Shown here piece by piece: positions 39,030 to 52,700 of a stretch of DNA of 64,000 bases. The position numbers were made by a program, and so were the translations under genes. The notes under the pieces are model-generated. The model was given only the letters and a program-made list of their open reading frames with translations. It was not told the origin of the DNA and did no database searches. Numbering within the stretch: position 1 is the first letter of the stretch; each line of letters begins with the position of its first letter. Source of the stretch: Octopus bimaculoides (taxonomy: Eukaryota); the NCBI RefSeq assembly GCF_001194135.2, contig NC_068983.1, forward strand, positions 134,491,879 through 134,555,878, in the 5' to 3' direction.

Positions 39030-39270
39030 ATGTCAAATCAAATCAAATTTATTGGTAGAAGAGCACAATGTACTTAAGCCATGTAAAAAAAACCCAAAAA
39101 ACCCCCCAGTTATTGTTATATACAGTTTTATACATAGTTGCCACAGTTGTTCAGAGCCTCTTTGAACAGAGGAGTGGTGGGCAGTTGAATGACATCTTGT
39201 GGTAGCTTGTTCCACGGGGCTGCGATACTTTGTGAGTGGAGTTTGATACATGGAAACTGTGCACAAATTA
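39030..39270 (-). mobile_element. CR1/L2-like LINE 3' end
   Basis: The minus strand reads IAAPWNKLPQDVIQLPTTPLFKEAL (resembles the CR1-type WN.LP..VV.A....FK..LD C-terminus) and ends in AATAAA plus an (ATTTG)n tail. Confidence 0.6.
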
Positions 39271-39494
39271 ACTGAATATCATCTTCATAATTATTACTAT
39301 GCTTGTGTGAACGTATATGCATGCATGTGTATGTGTATACCACTGATTTGTTGAATTGATAGAGTTCAATAAAGCAAATACTTGACTGAAATAAGTACTG
39401 GGGGTCGGTAAAACAACTAAAACTCTTAAAGCCTCTGCATAGTCTCAATCCAATCACTGAAACTAGTGAAAGAATAAAAGAATGTCCTGTATGG

Positions 39495-39801
39495 CAGTGC
39501 TACTCAAAGTGGTGGTCCGCGAACTGGTGCCAGTCCGTGAGCCATCAGCTGCTGGTACACGGCCAAGTTTCCAGAAAAGAAAGAAACATTAAAAAATGCT
39601 TATAAAATGCTTATGTAATATTGTATTATTTGTTTACAAAATAAATATAAGGTAAAAAAAATTGTCAACTTTTATTATATTCATTATATATATTGTTCCC
39701 GGTATAAATTAATATTACTAAGAAATATTACCAGTCCCTGGCACATTGAAAAAAAAAAAAAAACTGCCAGTATGCCATATCAGATAGTTTGAGAAGCACT
39801 G
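39495..39801. mobile_element. hAT-type (Charlie-like) MITE
   Basis: TIRs CAGTGCTACTCAAA / TTTGAGAAGCACTG; 8-bp flanks CTGTATGG and ATGTATGG (7 of 8 identical). Confidence 0.8.
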
Positions 39802-42800
39802 ATGTATGGAACATATCAGCATTATGAATCTATTCTGTAGACAATACACAGCTCTTGAATGGACAGACAAGTTTCACCTATGAAAATTTCTGCTGATACA
39901 ATATTCTTAGACTATGTATTCCATACTTAATAAAAACTATGAGTCTTTTTTTTAAAACACACATCGTTGTATGCACTCATGTGGTTTTATATTCAATCCT
40001 GCAGTGTAGCTCCTTGGGCAAATGTCTTTTACTATAGCCCAGGATTGATTTATGCTTGAAGTGCATAGTACTTACATGTGTGTGTGTGTGAATGTTTGTG
40101 CAGTTGTAGGTGTGGTGGTGTGTGTTTATGTATGTGTATGTGTGCACATGCGCATGTGTCTTTGTGTTTATCCCTCACCCCATCCCCAGTGGTTGATAGC
40201 CAATGTTAGTCTGTTAATGCTTCATAACTTAGCAGTTCAGCAAAAGCAGGCTGACATAATAAGTACCAAACTTCAAGATAATCATTTTCAACAAGACTCT
40301 TCAAGGCTATGCCCCAGCGTGGTCGTAGTTCAATGTGTGTAGCAGGTAAAAAAGTAAAATTATGTTAGTAATATATTTATTTAAACCAGTATCTCACACT
40401 TGTAACAAACTTCACTACAACTTAGCTCATTTACATGGAATGGAAACTGAGGTCAGGGTTTTGTTGTTCTTGTTCCCCCTCCACAAGCACACACACATAA
40501 TCTCAAGTAGTCAGATGGAACTCATAAATCTTGCAGACTCTGCTACACTACTGAGTTTATGTAGTTGGGATTTAAATTGAATTTCTGCTAGTTCAGTGTT
40601 TTGAATTAGAGGAAATCATGAGATGAATAAATTTCCTGTGAAACATTTGTACAAGAAAAACATATGAATGTTGTAATGTTGCAGCATCTTCCACAGTATT
40701 TTCATAGAGAATGTGACATGTAGGACTAGCTTAAACTGAGAAATGAAACTGGATTCCATATTGTTTTTCTATATTTTAATGGTGACCTCCACCAGACCTC
40801 CTATTTTTGGTCATTCAATACATTTTTCTTGTCTCACAGAAAAATCCCGATTCACAGACCATTTGTTACTTGGTTGATTTAAGGAATAATGGAAAGCTTT
40901 AATACAGACACGAAATAATAATGGTACCAGGCTTAGGTACAAGGCCAGCAATTTTAGGAGGTGTTGGTCGACTACATAAACACCAGTACTTGACTGCTTC
41001 TTTATTTTATCGATATCGAAAGGATTAAAGGTAAAGTCGATCTCAGCAGGGTTTGAACTCAGAACATAAAGAGTCGGAAAAAATACTACAGGGCTTTTTA
41101 TCCGATGCTCTAATGGTTCTGCCAACTCGTCACTCTCACACCGAATAATAATGGTGGTTTTAAATTTAGCGCAGCAATCTTGAGGAGAGGGGATTAGATA
41201 ACACCATCGACTCCGGTACTCGACTTGTACTTTATTTTAATGATCCTGAAATAATGGGAGGCAAAGTTGACTTCGACCTGATTTGAACTTAGAATCAAAA
41301 GAAAACGAAATTATGCGCAAGAAAAATGTGAATAAGGGGAGATAATTCTTGTCAAAACAGAAAGAGTTATTTCAAATTATAAGAAGCCATTTTTTTTACA
41401 GCCTTCCCGTTTACGTTTAAGTTAACTCTTCTAAATTATTGATAAAAATCTCTTGTTCCAACGATTAACACACATGACTGAATGTTCAAAAGACTCAATA
41501 TAAACCGATGTGTGGGAAAGCAAACATAAAAATAATTCATTTAAAAGAGGAGCTGCGTGAAAAAATCAATAATTTTGCTGATGGTCTTTATTTTAAGGTT
41601 CATCCGTAAAATTATTGATTAAATTATTGATTGTGTGACGTTTGTGCCTTTCTAAAGAACAATCGAAGCGTTATTGAAACAAAATAGCTACAACTAGGAA
41701 TAGAGATTTAATCATTGATTTAACCTGCCTGGAGCTACCCTTTTATAAATCTGCATTCACGACAGCAAATCGATATAATAAATATTGATTTCTTACATTG
41801 TTGCGGGACCGAAATCTCTAAGAAAGGGATAAGTCAACTTAATCAACCTCAGTTTATGATTGGTACACATCTAATATCCTTCGGAAGGCTGAAATAGAAA
41901 GGGCATGCTGGCAAGTTTTGAATTCAAAACACAAAGATGTAACTAAATACCATAAAGAATTTATACTATAAAGAATTTATACTGTCACCCAATAATTTGT
42001 CAGCGAACACGCTTGTATTGATATTCATAACGTCTACGTGTTATTGTAACATATTACATTTGGAGAATAAAAACAAAAAGAAAATTATAAGCTAAAATTT
42101 TAAACGCATTAAAAGGAAGTTTTTCTCTACTCATTGCTTGAATACTGCTACATATATGAGACCATACCGTATTTGTATTCAGTAAGGAGAACGCTTTCCC
42201 GAGGGATTTTCTCTTAGGCATGTTTTTATTGATCACTCTCAGACTTGCCGCCTATGCAGAATTTGCTTTCTCGAGGCCGCTTAATAAGACTGAAACTTGT
42301 CTGTTGCTTTCACCAGTTAACTTTGAATATACTCTAATCTAAATGTCTATAAGTGTCCAAAAATTTAGAGTAATTCAGTCTATTGGGGTTACCTCCCTTG
42401 TTAATTTTATATTTTGAACACATACAAGGGATTCTTATCAACTAATTACTTGGATAATCTCAGTGATCGAAGTTTTTCAACTCACTATATTACGTATGTG
42501 AAACTCTATAATATACACCATTACATCTCGTATATTGATATCACTAATATTGCTACACATTGTTACAATCGATTCCCTGTGCTCAATCTAGGGAAATAGA
42601 AAAAAAAACCCTTCACACAAAGCGCTCCAGTATTGGAAATATTTTCCATAAGCATAGTTTTAGGATGCGCATAATTAAAAATAAGTGCAGAGAAACAGTA
42701 ACTGTCGCACCCTAAATGGGTTCACCCAGTCAACACCAGAACCACCAAGGGATGACACACTAACATCATAACTAAACCTATGTTGTATCCCAAACAAAAT

Positions 42801-43012
42801 ACACTTACATACCTCACTAACTACAACCACACTTCTCCAGACTTCACATTCTGCTCCATATATCTATATACCATAATCACACAGTAATCAATTCCCAACC
42901 AACTTCTCGTCATGCAGCCAACGAGGGTGTCTTTACGATGTCACTCAATTCACTAAAATAATAGCTAAATTTCCCTAAAATCCCACACCACTGACTTTTT
43001 AAAAGGACTCGT

Positions 43013-43815
43013 GGATCTATTTTAAAACGGGGGTGCCAGTTTTCATTTATGTTTTATGTAGTGTTTTTGGTACCGAAAGACTTTCAAACTTCGTATACTT
43101 ATCTATTTTATGTTATAGAACAGAAAAAAAATTTTGTATTCGAATTTATTTCATGTAAAAAATTGTCTTATTTCGATAATTTCTACTAATCACTGACGTC
43201 TATTCAGTTGAAAACAGTTAGCGCTGTAACGGTGTATATCGTATTAATCCCCTAACCCTAAAACTAACCCTAACTCTAGAATCCGAACTCTAAAATTGTT
43301 ACACACATAGATACGCACAGCGTAATTTATTATATAAACAATATATGCGTATAAATTACGATTAAACCGGATGAAATATGTCACAGGGAATAACATTTTT
43401 ATGACCGCCCAGCAGTAACTCTATTCAGCTGAATAGACGTCAGTGATTGGTTGAAATTACAGAAATACGACAACTTTAACATGGAATAACTTGCGAATTC
43501 CTTTTTTTTTTTNNNNNNNNNNNNNNNNNNNNNNNNNNNNNNNNNNNNNNNNNNNNNNNNNNNNNNNNNNNNNNNNNNNNNNNNNNNNNNNNNNNNNNNN
43601 NNNNNNNNNNNNNNNNNNNNNNNNNNNNNNNNNNNNNNNNNNNNNNNNNNNNNNNNNNNNNNNNNNNNNNNNNNNNNNNNNNNNNNNNNNNNNNNNNNNN
43701 TTTTGTTAAGAAGACTAAGAGTAAAATATGTTTTATATGACACATTCTACCAGTGTCCCAAGTTTCAAAGTGTTTCGTTAAGAAAATACTGGTGCCCCCG
43801 TTTTAAAATAGATCC
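43013..43815. mobile_element. Non-autonomous TIR element with nested inverted repeats and CCCTAA repeats (spans a 188-N gap)
   Basis: 28-bp TIRs GGATCTATTTTAAAACGGGGGTGCCAGT / ACTGGTGCCCCCGTTTTAAAATAGATCC (26 of 28 match); internal inverted repeat atcactgacgtctattcag at about 43189 and 43430; no TSD found. A partial copy lies at about 54990-55160. Confidence 0.75.
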
Positions 43816-44617
43816 GAAACCTTAGTCTAAATTTTTCTACCAGATTCTTTCCATTGTGAGGGTCAACCGTCAAACTTAGATATGTTCTATTGTTTAAGTG
43901 AACATTCTTGGGTTAAATACAGGCTCACATAGATAAGCTAATTTACTTCCTATTTTCTCCGACTTACATTCAGCCTTCCAATATGAATAAATACGAACCC
44001 TCTCGGAATATAAGGGAACAGTCGTTTTCGCTTTGAGACGCAGTTATTACTAAAGGTGTGCAAGCTTTGTCATTGTTATTTTCTTCTTACCACTATAAAA
44101 CCGCCGACTACTACGACATTTTGTATTACTGACCCTAACGTCAATTTCACAGGAAAATAAAATCTGTAAGAAATAGCATGTTTCTGTTGATTTTTATGGT
44201 GCATATTACACTACCTTACGAAGATTAAATGATATAACAGTAATGTAGTTAGTTACAGTTCCCTGCGCATGAGTAAAGGACAGAATGGTTACGTTTGAAA
44301 TGTTTGCTGGATTAGGCCTGACCCAGAGCGAAACAACAACGATAGCGATGACGATTGAATAAAATCATTTTCATAAACTTAAAAAAGAGAAAAAAAAAAA
44401 AATCCCAGTATTTTTGGGTTATCTCACCCCATTAAAAAATTGGGTTACCACCCCCACCCACCCCCGTTTTACGAGAAATATGGTACTTTTGGTTGTCTCC
44501 TTCAACTAAAAAAAATTGTTTAACCCTCAATAAAACAAACAAAAAAATAAATAAAAAAATGAAAAAAAATAAACATACAAAGTGAAGAGACGAAACATCG
44601 TTTTGAATCTGATAATA

Positions 44618-45468
44618 CTAGCTGACGTACCTGGTAATTCTAATAACACCAATACAAAGTATGTAGCCCTTAAAATGGTTTTTGTGCATTTATAGAGAAT
44701 ACCGAACTGTCTTATACAGGATCTTGTTTTTAGGAATTCCCAATAAGTTATGACTACCCAAATTGTGAAATCAGTTATGTAATAACATGAAATTAGTTAC
44801 CCGATAGTAAGAATTCAAATAAAGTAACCCCGAAAAGGGATTTAATGCGTTCCCAGAGTATATAGAACATAGGAGGAAATACTAATAAGGTATGTATACT
44901 AAAATCGTGAAGTATGTTACGTAATAACAGGCTAATCAGAAGATATGAGATAAAGTAAATAACTTTGAAAAGGGCTTTTGTGCGTTCCCAGAGAATATTA
45001 GCCCTAGGGGCGCTAGTATTGGTATATTCGTGACTAAGTCACTAACCGAAATAAGTGGATCTATTGTTTAGGAAAATACTACTTACTTATATAAGGGTTA
45101 TACTGGATAAATTGCGAAAATAACTCTAACAGCTCAAATACTAAGAAATAAGCATACTCAATTTCATTTTTACCAAATAATTTAGGAAAATGAATGGGTT
45201 ATTTCCCTTGGCTATATATAAGGATCCCTTCCAGGGGCGAATGGATTATTTCCCTTTGTTTTTAAAATAAAATGTATTAGATATATATATAAGGATCCCT
45301 TCCAGGGCCCTATTATCGATTTATTTCAGCTATCTGAATATGCTTTGAGGTTTCCAGACATGAGTTCTACTCATGTGTCAAGTTTCATCAAAACCAATAA
45401 AACGATGTAGGACGAGTTAGCTAACAACTCCACAAACAGAAGACAGAATTTCCCACATATATAGTAGA
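44618..45468 (-). mobile_element. Putative non-autonomous Helitron
   Basis: The minus strand starts A|TCTACTATATAT and ends CAGCTAG|T (TC...CTAG between A and T, no TSD); internal direct repeats; subterminal hairpin not evident. Confidence 0.55.
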
Positions 45469-47936
45469 TTTTTATAATAAATCATACCATGCCTATTGAG
45501 GAGGCCAAACATCAACAGTGTGTTGAAGTATTGAATCAAAAGGATCTAACTCTTTTAATCTAATCTCTTGGAAGAGACAGAGTGAATTGGGATGAGAGGG
45601 TAGCAGGAGAAGGAGCTATGGAAAAGACAGTGTTGGAAGTATTTATGGAAGAAAGACAGTAATAGTAGTGAGTAATGGAACAGTTACGTATTTGCTTGGA
45701 GTAGACAGAGAGTTGGAGACAGTATTGGATAGATATCGAGATATGTAATGGCAAGAGACAGTGATGGATGTCAACAAGTGACCTGGAGGAGAGGAAGTGA
45801 CGTCCTCACCACCTTTCTAGGTGGTGAAGACGCGTTGCCTAATGGTTAGGGTTTTACGGCTCATAACCAGGTTGTGGGCTTAATATCTGAACTGGACGGC
45901 AGTTCTGTCTTTGAAAGGGCGCAAAATAATCTTGCCCCTAGAACATTGTTTGGCGTGTTGTCTCAAAAGTAAATGAAATGTAGTTATCAATATTATGGAG
46001 GCAAGCATTTTTCTACGTCGATTTAATATTTTTGAAAGCAGTAAATGCCTTTCGAGGATTGGAATGTGGGGATTCGAACCCTAACTGCGAAACAATTAGT
46101 TAGGAATCATCAGTATGCCACTAGTTCCACGTGACTGATCTATAAAACGACCAATTAACGTGAAGCTGTAGCGTGATGTGGCTTCTTGGATGATCTGAAA
46201 TTCGCCCGTTTTACCCTAACTCACGAAGGTAGACCACCTCGAGCAAGAGATGAATTCGGCCACTTACACAATGTACTACAGCTAGCCTTCAACAAGACAC
46301 AGTCCGGTTCTCTTCTCCCAGCGACGGCTGTTGCATTTGCATCTAATTTTTTTCTTCTCGATAGCCAATATAGCAAATCATGTCCATCAATAAATATGTT
46401 AAAAGTTCGTGAGTTTGTTTCATTTATTATGCATGCAGCCAGCTAGACCATACGATGATAGTCTTCAACAATAGAACACACACCAACAATCCTCACGATA
46501 AAAAAAAAAAGTATTACGCTTCATTAACTAGAGTTGTCTCACTGTTGGCCCACAAACTCGCTGTCATCTTACCTCTCTCTGCCTTTTCTATCAATCTTTC
46601 AATGGCATTGGCTCCTCAGAGCTAGCTGGCCTCATGCCACATTCACTTAAGCTTTTGCGAGCCACTCGTTTCTTTTCTCAAAATGCTTGTTGTACCCATC
46701 TCCACAACCCTGCACCAATTACTATTTCCTTCCTCAAATGTCGGCTCTCTGGAACTCTTTCTCTACTCATGTGTTTCCTGCGTGTGTTGATTTGCAAAGA
46801 TTTAAATAGAACATTAATGACAATCCCACAGGTCTCAGAGGGTTTACGAAAATCATTTGCTTACCTCCAGACCCAGAACATAAAAGTCAACTTTGTATCG
46901 TATGAGAGACATATATTTCTATGCGTCTAAATATGATCGGAGTTACCGTCGAATAATTGTCGTCTGATTTATGACACTACACTCTTCAATATTTTACTAT
47001 TGCACTTACGTAGAAGTCGCGTTGTTACTCTGTAATGTCTTTGATTTGGTAAAATGCTTCTTGTCTTATGAAACTACAACTTCATTTAAAATACTTTCAA
47101 GTGAGTCTGACAATAATTTTGTTTTGTGTTTGGAGTTATATTGATGAATGGTTTTGAAACAAGCGAAAGTTGACGACGTAAGTGGAGATTGGACGCTATT
47201 TGACTAAGATGCTACTGAAGAATACTGAAAGCAGTGCTGACGCAGTCACAACATCACTTCTGAATTGTTTAGCAATATCAACTTTGATTTGTGAGTGCTT
47301 CTGCTGCGAATTAAAGCTTGCATTGATTGATTGATTGATTGATTATTAATTACAATGTTGACAAGTGCATGGAACAAACGATGTTTCAATTAGGCTGAAA
47401 AAAAAAAGTTTATGCGTTGAGATTGATTTATTTTTTGACCTAATTATCTGAGGATCATTACATGATTTCAACACTCGAGGAAAATAATCTTTTTAATGTC
47501 ACTTGATGGGCATTTTCTGTGATCACACCTATACTTCTCACATATCACTCCCCACTTCTGCAAAGAATCTACAGAAATAACTTCCTGCTAGGCACGATTC
47601 TTTGAAATAACAGTAGTACTCCCAAAATATAACTATAAATGTTAGCATTCTTTACAGCTATACAGTGCTTCAGCTGAGAGTACATCTATTCCCATGTCCG
47701 GCGTTTTATTTTCTAGCAGTCATATACCTTTAAACATTATTCCAAAAATGAAAGCATCCATTATTGAATTTTTCACAAACATTCCAGACGACACTGTCTT
47801 GAAGTTGTATTTAAGGCTTGATTGTTCCAAAGATTCCCTTCGATGTTTTTGTATTCAGATTATTTCCCGTTCTGTTACGCATTCTGTAGCTAATTAAGTT
47901 CATTTTTTATTGACTGCTAGAAGAACGGATGAAAGA

Positions 47937-47995
<59 letters not shown>

Positions 47996-48564
47996 NNNNN
48001 NNNNNNNNNNNNNNNNNNNNNNNNNNNNNNNNNNNNNNNNNNNNNNNNNNNNNNNNNNNNNNNNNNNNNNNNNNNNNNNNNNNNNNNNNNNNNNNNNNNN
48101 NNNNNNNNNNNNNNNNNNNNNNNNNNNNNNNNNNNNNNNNNNNNNNNNNNNNNNNNNNNNNNNNNNNNNNNNNNNNNNNNNNNNNNNNNNNNNNNNNNNN
48201 NNNNNNNNNNNNNNNNNNNNNNNNNNNNNNNNNNNNNNNNNNNNNNNNNNNNNNNNNNNNNNNNNNNNNNNNNNNNNNNNNNNNNNNNNNNNNNNNNNNN
48301 NNNNNNNNNNNNNNNNNNNNNNNNNNNNNNNNNNNNNNNNNNNNNNNNNNNNNNNNNNNNNNNNNNNNNNNNNNNNNNNNNNNNNNNNNNNNNNNNNNNN
48401 NNNNNNNNNNNNNNNNNNNNNNNNNNNNNNNNNNNNNNNNNNNNNNNNNNNNNNNNNNNNNNNNNNNNNNNNNNNNNNNNNNNNNNNNNNNNNNNNNNNN
48501 NNNNNNNNNNNNNNNNNNNNNNNNNNNNNNNNNNNNNNNNNNNNNNNNNNNNNNNNNNNNNNNN
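47996..48564. other. Assembly gap (largest of five; others at 13767-13776, 21644-21653, 43513-43700, 54182-54245)
   Basis: Runs of N. Confidence 1.
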
Positions 48565-48940
48565 AGTTATGAGGGGAAAAAACGGATTGTATGAATTTTC
48601 CGAAATCCTCTCCCTACCCCTTCGGAAAACATTTTCCCCACAAATTTCTTTATAATTATAATCCATGCTGTTTAAAAGAAGTTTCTGTAAAATTTCATTG
48701 AAAGATATCCATTTTCCTGAAAGTTATGAGGGGAAAAAACGGATTGTATGAATTTTCCGAAATCCTCTCCCTACCCCTTCGGAAAACATTTTCCCCAGAA
48801 ATTTCTTTATAATCGTAATTTGTGCCATTTGAACGGTATTTCTATAAAATTTCATCAATATATATCCATTTTCCTGAAAGTTATGAGGGAAAAATCGGAT
48901 CTTGTGAATTTTCCGAAAGTCCTCTCCCCACCCCACGTTT
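48565..48940. repeat. 157-bp tandem repeat (at least 2.4 units, extending into the gap)
   Basis: Units beginning agttatgaggg start at 48565, 48722 and 48879. Confidence 0.92.
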
Positions 48941-49516
48941 GTTTGCACAAATTCTTTTCCCTATTCGTTTTCTACACACTTTTTTTACACCTATTAGGCA
49001 GGGTTTCTTTTTGTTTTCGTTAACGAGTCTTAAACATTATATTGACCCACGAAAGTACTCGTTCCACTTTGTACAATTTTTCTTACAGGCCCTGCATACG
49101 TGTATGAATAAAACAAAAATGGTGTCCTAAAGACAATGTTATAAGAACGATTTCATATAATATATATGTTTGTATATGCGCGTACATGTAGTTATACACA
49201 TAGGTATTACATGATGTTAGATACCGATATAGGCGAGACGAATGGTAGTATTTTGCAACAACACTGCTTCAAAGTTTATTCATGAATCTGAAAAGTTCAC
49301 TGCTCGCACGCTTAAGCTTGTCATCCTATGAAACGATATTTCGAATATATAAACGTCCAAGGAGAAAAAGAAAGAGAAGAAAGAAAAAAAGACAACCGAA
49401 AATTTTTTGATTTGTTTTCGATCGAGGGAAAGAGACATTAAACAGAGAGAAGGAAAGAAAGAGTTAAACAATTGGCTTGTGTAACTCATTCGTTTTCGTG
49501 AACGGTACAGGTTTAA

Positions 49517-49788
49517 ATGGACCAAACAGCAGCTAATGACAATAACAATGACCAGGACAATAACAATGACCAGGACAATAACAATGACCAGGGCACAAAG
49601 CTATATTTGGAGGATCCATCGGAAACTGTGGAGGATTCAACTTTCGATATAGACAATTTCGATTTCAGGAAATTGAGCCTGAGTCAACAAACTATTATCA
49701 GTGTTCACGATGTCAGCTATGTCGTTAAGACCAGAAGCCTACCATTATGTGGGGAGATTAAAGAGAAAACTGTCTTATCGAGTATTAC
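49517..49788 (+). CDS. ABCG2: ABCG2-like coding exon 1 (272 nt)
   Basis: [30 protein letters not shown]...[31 protein letters not shown]+AC; GTAAGT donor; phase fits the next exon. The start codon is inferred, and an upstream non-coding exon is possible (ACAG at 49507-49510). Confidence 0.82.
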
Positions 49789-52700
49789 GTAAGTAGAGTT
49801 TTGTACTAAAACTGAAGCGATCTCTGTATCTTTTTAGTATTTCTCTTTTCAACCATAGTTATGTTGTTTTTTTTTATCATGTTCATATTAGTGGTGACAT
49901 AATTAGTGGGGCCGCGATATGGACGTTCTTTTCTTTGTTCCTTCCTTTAGCTGACTCTAAGTGAGTGAGTGAGTGAGAGAGAGAGGGGGAGGGGGGGAGA
50001 AATCGATCTCATTGCTTCAATGGTACTTTATTTGTTGACACTGAATGGATGAAAGGCAATCACATCACTTTCACTTTTATCAAGATGGCGTATCCTAGTG
50101 ATAACGGCCTAAATCAAACACGTCAAAACTATGAAACGATTGAAAACCACGCGCGTACGCCCACACACACACATATATATTCATGTGTGTGTATATAACA
50201 CACAGACACACTCATCTCGATTGATTCATACCAAGACACAATGAATTATAGAACTCAATACGTAAATCAGAAGACTGAAAATTGCCATCGTTCTTTCAGC
50301 TGACAATCTGACTTGGTTTCCTTTTAAATCGTACGATGTTTGAATATATTTTCAAATGTTATATGAAAGCAATCCAGTTAAACGCTTACCTTAAACTTGA
50401 AAAGAAAAAGCCATTTGAGCGATAAAAATATGTGTCATGTTCCTATCACTTGTTTCTTTTTCCAAACACATCCAACGTGTTAAGGATGACGGATATGAAA
50501 GTCGCATCTACCTTTGAATCGTTTCGATGTGCTTGATTTAGACTTATCTCCAAGATATGTTATTTTGAGTGACAAAAGTAAAAGGGTTGTACCAAACTCA
50601 AAGATCACTCAAAGTTGTCCTTGGTGGGTTTTTAACTCAGAGCGCAGAGAGCCGGAACAAATATTTTAAGGCGTTTTTTGAAACACTCTAACGACTTTCT
50701 TGTACGTTCAAGGTTGTTATTAGAAATTTGAACAAATGTGTAATCTAGGTGTTAAACTGGTGTGGAAGTATTTTATCAAATGTTGTCTGCTTTAGAATTG
50801 TGAATGAACTAACTGGACAATAAACGTGAATTTTGTTTCAGAGTTTGCCTTCATGTTTGTTTTTCCGAACTATTTCTTTATTATTTATTTCAATTTACAA
50901 AGATTTCAGGGGATTTTTCGTCTTATGATTCAGAAAGCGAAACCATTGAATTTAGCAGAGTTTTTGACAAATGGTCGAAAACTCAGTAAAAAGACAATTG
51001 TTTTTGAAACAGATTTTTATCTCTAACATCCAGTTTCGTGTTTAGTATGTTTGAGATTGAAATACACATTCGATATCAGTTCGTTTGTTGTGTTAACCCT
51101 GCACTTACGAGAGCTGGATTCGTAGCGCTATTACTGCTGGAAAGAAATCTTTCCTTTTCATATTGTAACAGATATTTAGCAAAATGACCTGACAGCTGAT
51201 CAACAAAAGAATTAATTCTTATATTTTGAGAGTGTTTGTAAAAATTTAACTTTACTCCTAAGTGATGACGCTTTAAAACAAGAGTGGATTTCATAGGCTT
51301 TTGTTTCTTTTGAAATCTCTAGCAGAATTTGACAGAAGTCACCTGTCATTACTGTTGCTACTTCTCTCACTGAGATCTGTTGTTGCACAAGTTCTGCTAC
51401 CTGCTGTCCAGAAACTCCAGAGATTTCTTGTGAGAAATTGTGCATTCATTCTTGACAAACATTTATCAGGCCATCCCATAAGTTCTGTCCGATTTTACTT
51501 TTTTTTAAATTGAAAGAAATTTAATAGTATTTTAGAATGTCTAATGGAATTAAAAATTATTTTTATGCATTTGTGTACATTTCAACTAATTAAATATTAT
51601 TTTACAGACTAACAGAATTAAAATTTCTTTGATTAAAACCCTTTCTAACATGGAAGTATCCAAAGAGCATTTGAGGCACATAATGCTTTATGAGTACAAA
51701 AAAGGAAACTCTGCAGCCAAAGCGACTCGAGATATACATTCAGTTTATGGGAAAGAATGCTTGAATGAAAGAAATTGCAGAAGATGGTTTGCAAAATTCA
51801 GAAGTGGAGATTTCAGCCTTGAAGATGAAGATAGAACAGGACGTCCAGTTGAGTTTGATGATAAGCTCTTTGAGGCATTACTTGAAGAAAATCCTGCATT
51901 ATCAGTTGAAGAATTGGCAATAAGGTTTAGTTCAAGCCACACAACTATTCATCATCATCTTCAACAACTTAGAAAATGGGTGCCTCATGAATTGTCCAAA
52001 AGCAACTGTAAATCCCAAGTTGACATCTGCTTTTCTCTCCATTCTCGCAAACTCATTTCACCCTTTTTGGATAGACTTGTGACTGTGACAAAAAATGGAT
52101 CTTCTATTGAAATGTTAAACATCGTAAACAGTGGCTTGGTAAAAGGGAAAAAGCTCAACCACGACCGAGAAAGGAACATCATGCAAAAAAGGTTCTTCTC
52201 TCTCTCTGGTGGGATTGCAAAGGAGTAATTCACTTTGAATTGTTACCACTTAATGCAACATTCAATTCTCAAGTCTACTGTCAGCAATTAGAGCGTTTGA
52301 ACCAAGCTTTGAAGAAAAAAAGACCTGCTTTAGTGAATTGAAAAGGAGTGATGTTTCATCAGGACAATGTGCGACCCCACACTGCAAAGATCACATCACA
52401 GAAGATCGAAGAGCTTGGTTGGGAAAAAATTCCTCATCCACCTTATTCTCCCAACCTTGCTCCTTCAGACTACCATTTGTTTCATAGTTTATAGAATCAT
52501 TTGGGGGACATAACTTTCGCAAGCTAGGAGGAGGTCGAAACTGACATTTCAGAGTTCTTCGCTTTGAAACCAAAAGAGTTTTACATTGATGGGATTAAAA
52601 AGTATATAAATAGATGGAAGGAAGTCATAGATAATCAGGGAAAGTACATTGATGATTAAATTTCAATTAAATATAACATTCGGTCACTTGTTTTCTTTAT

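Noticed and set aside
46060-46130. tRNA-like sequence on the minus strand with a perfect T-arm (GGG-TTCGAAT-CCC) and partial acceptor pairing
   Set aside because: There is no anticodon stem and the D arm is poor; at most a SINE head or pseudogene, not a tRNA gene.
47910-48666. Three ORFs of 220-249 aa
   Set aside because: They consist of (GA)n plus the N-gap.
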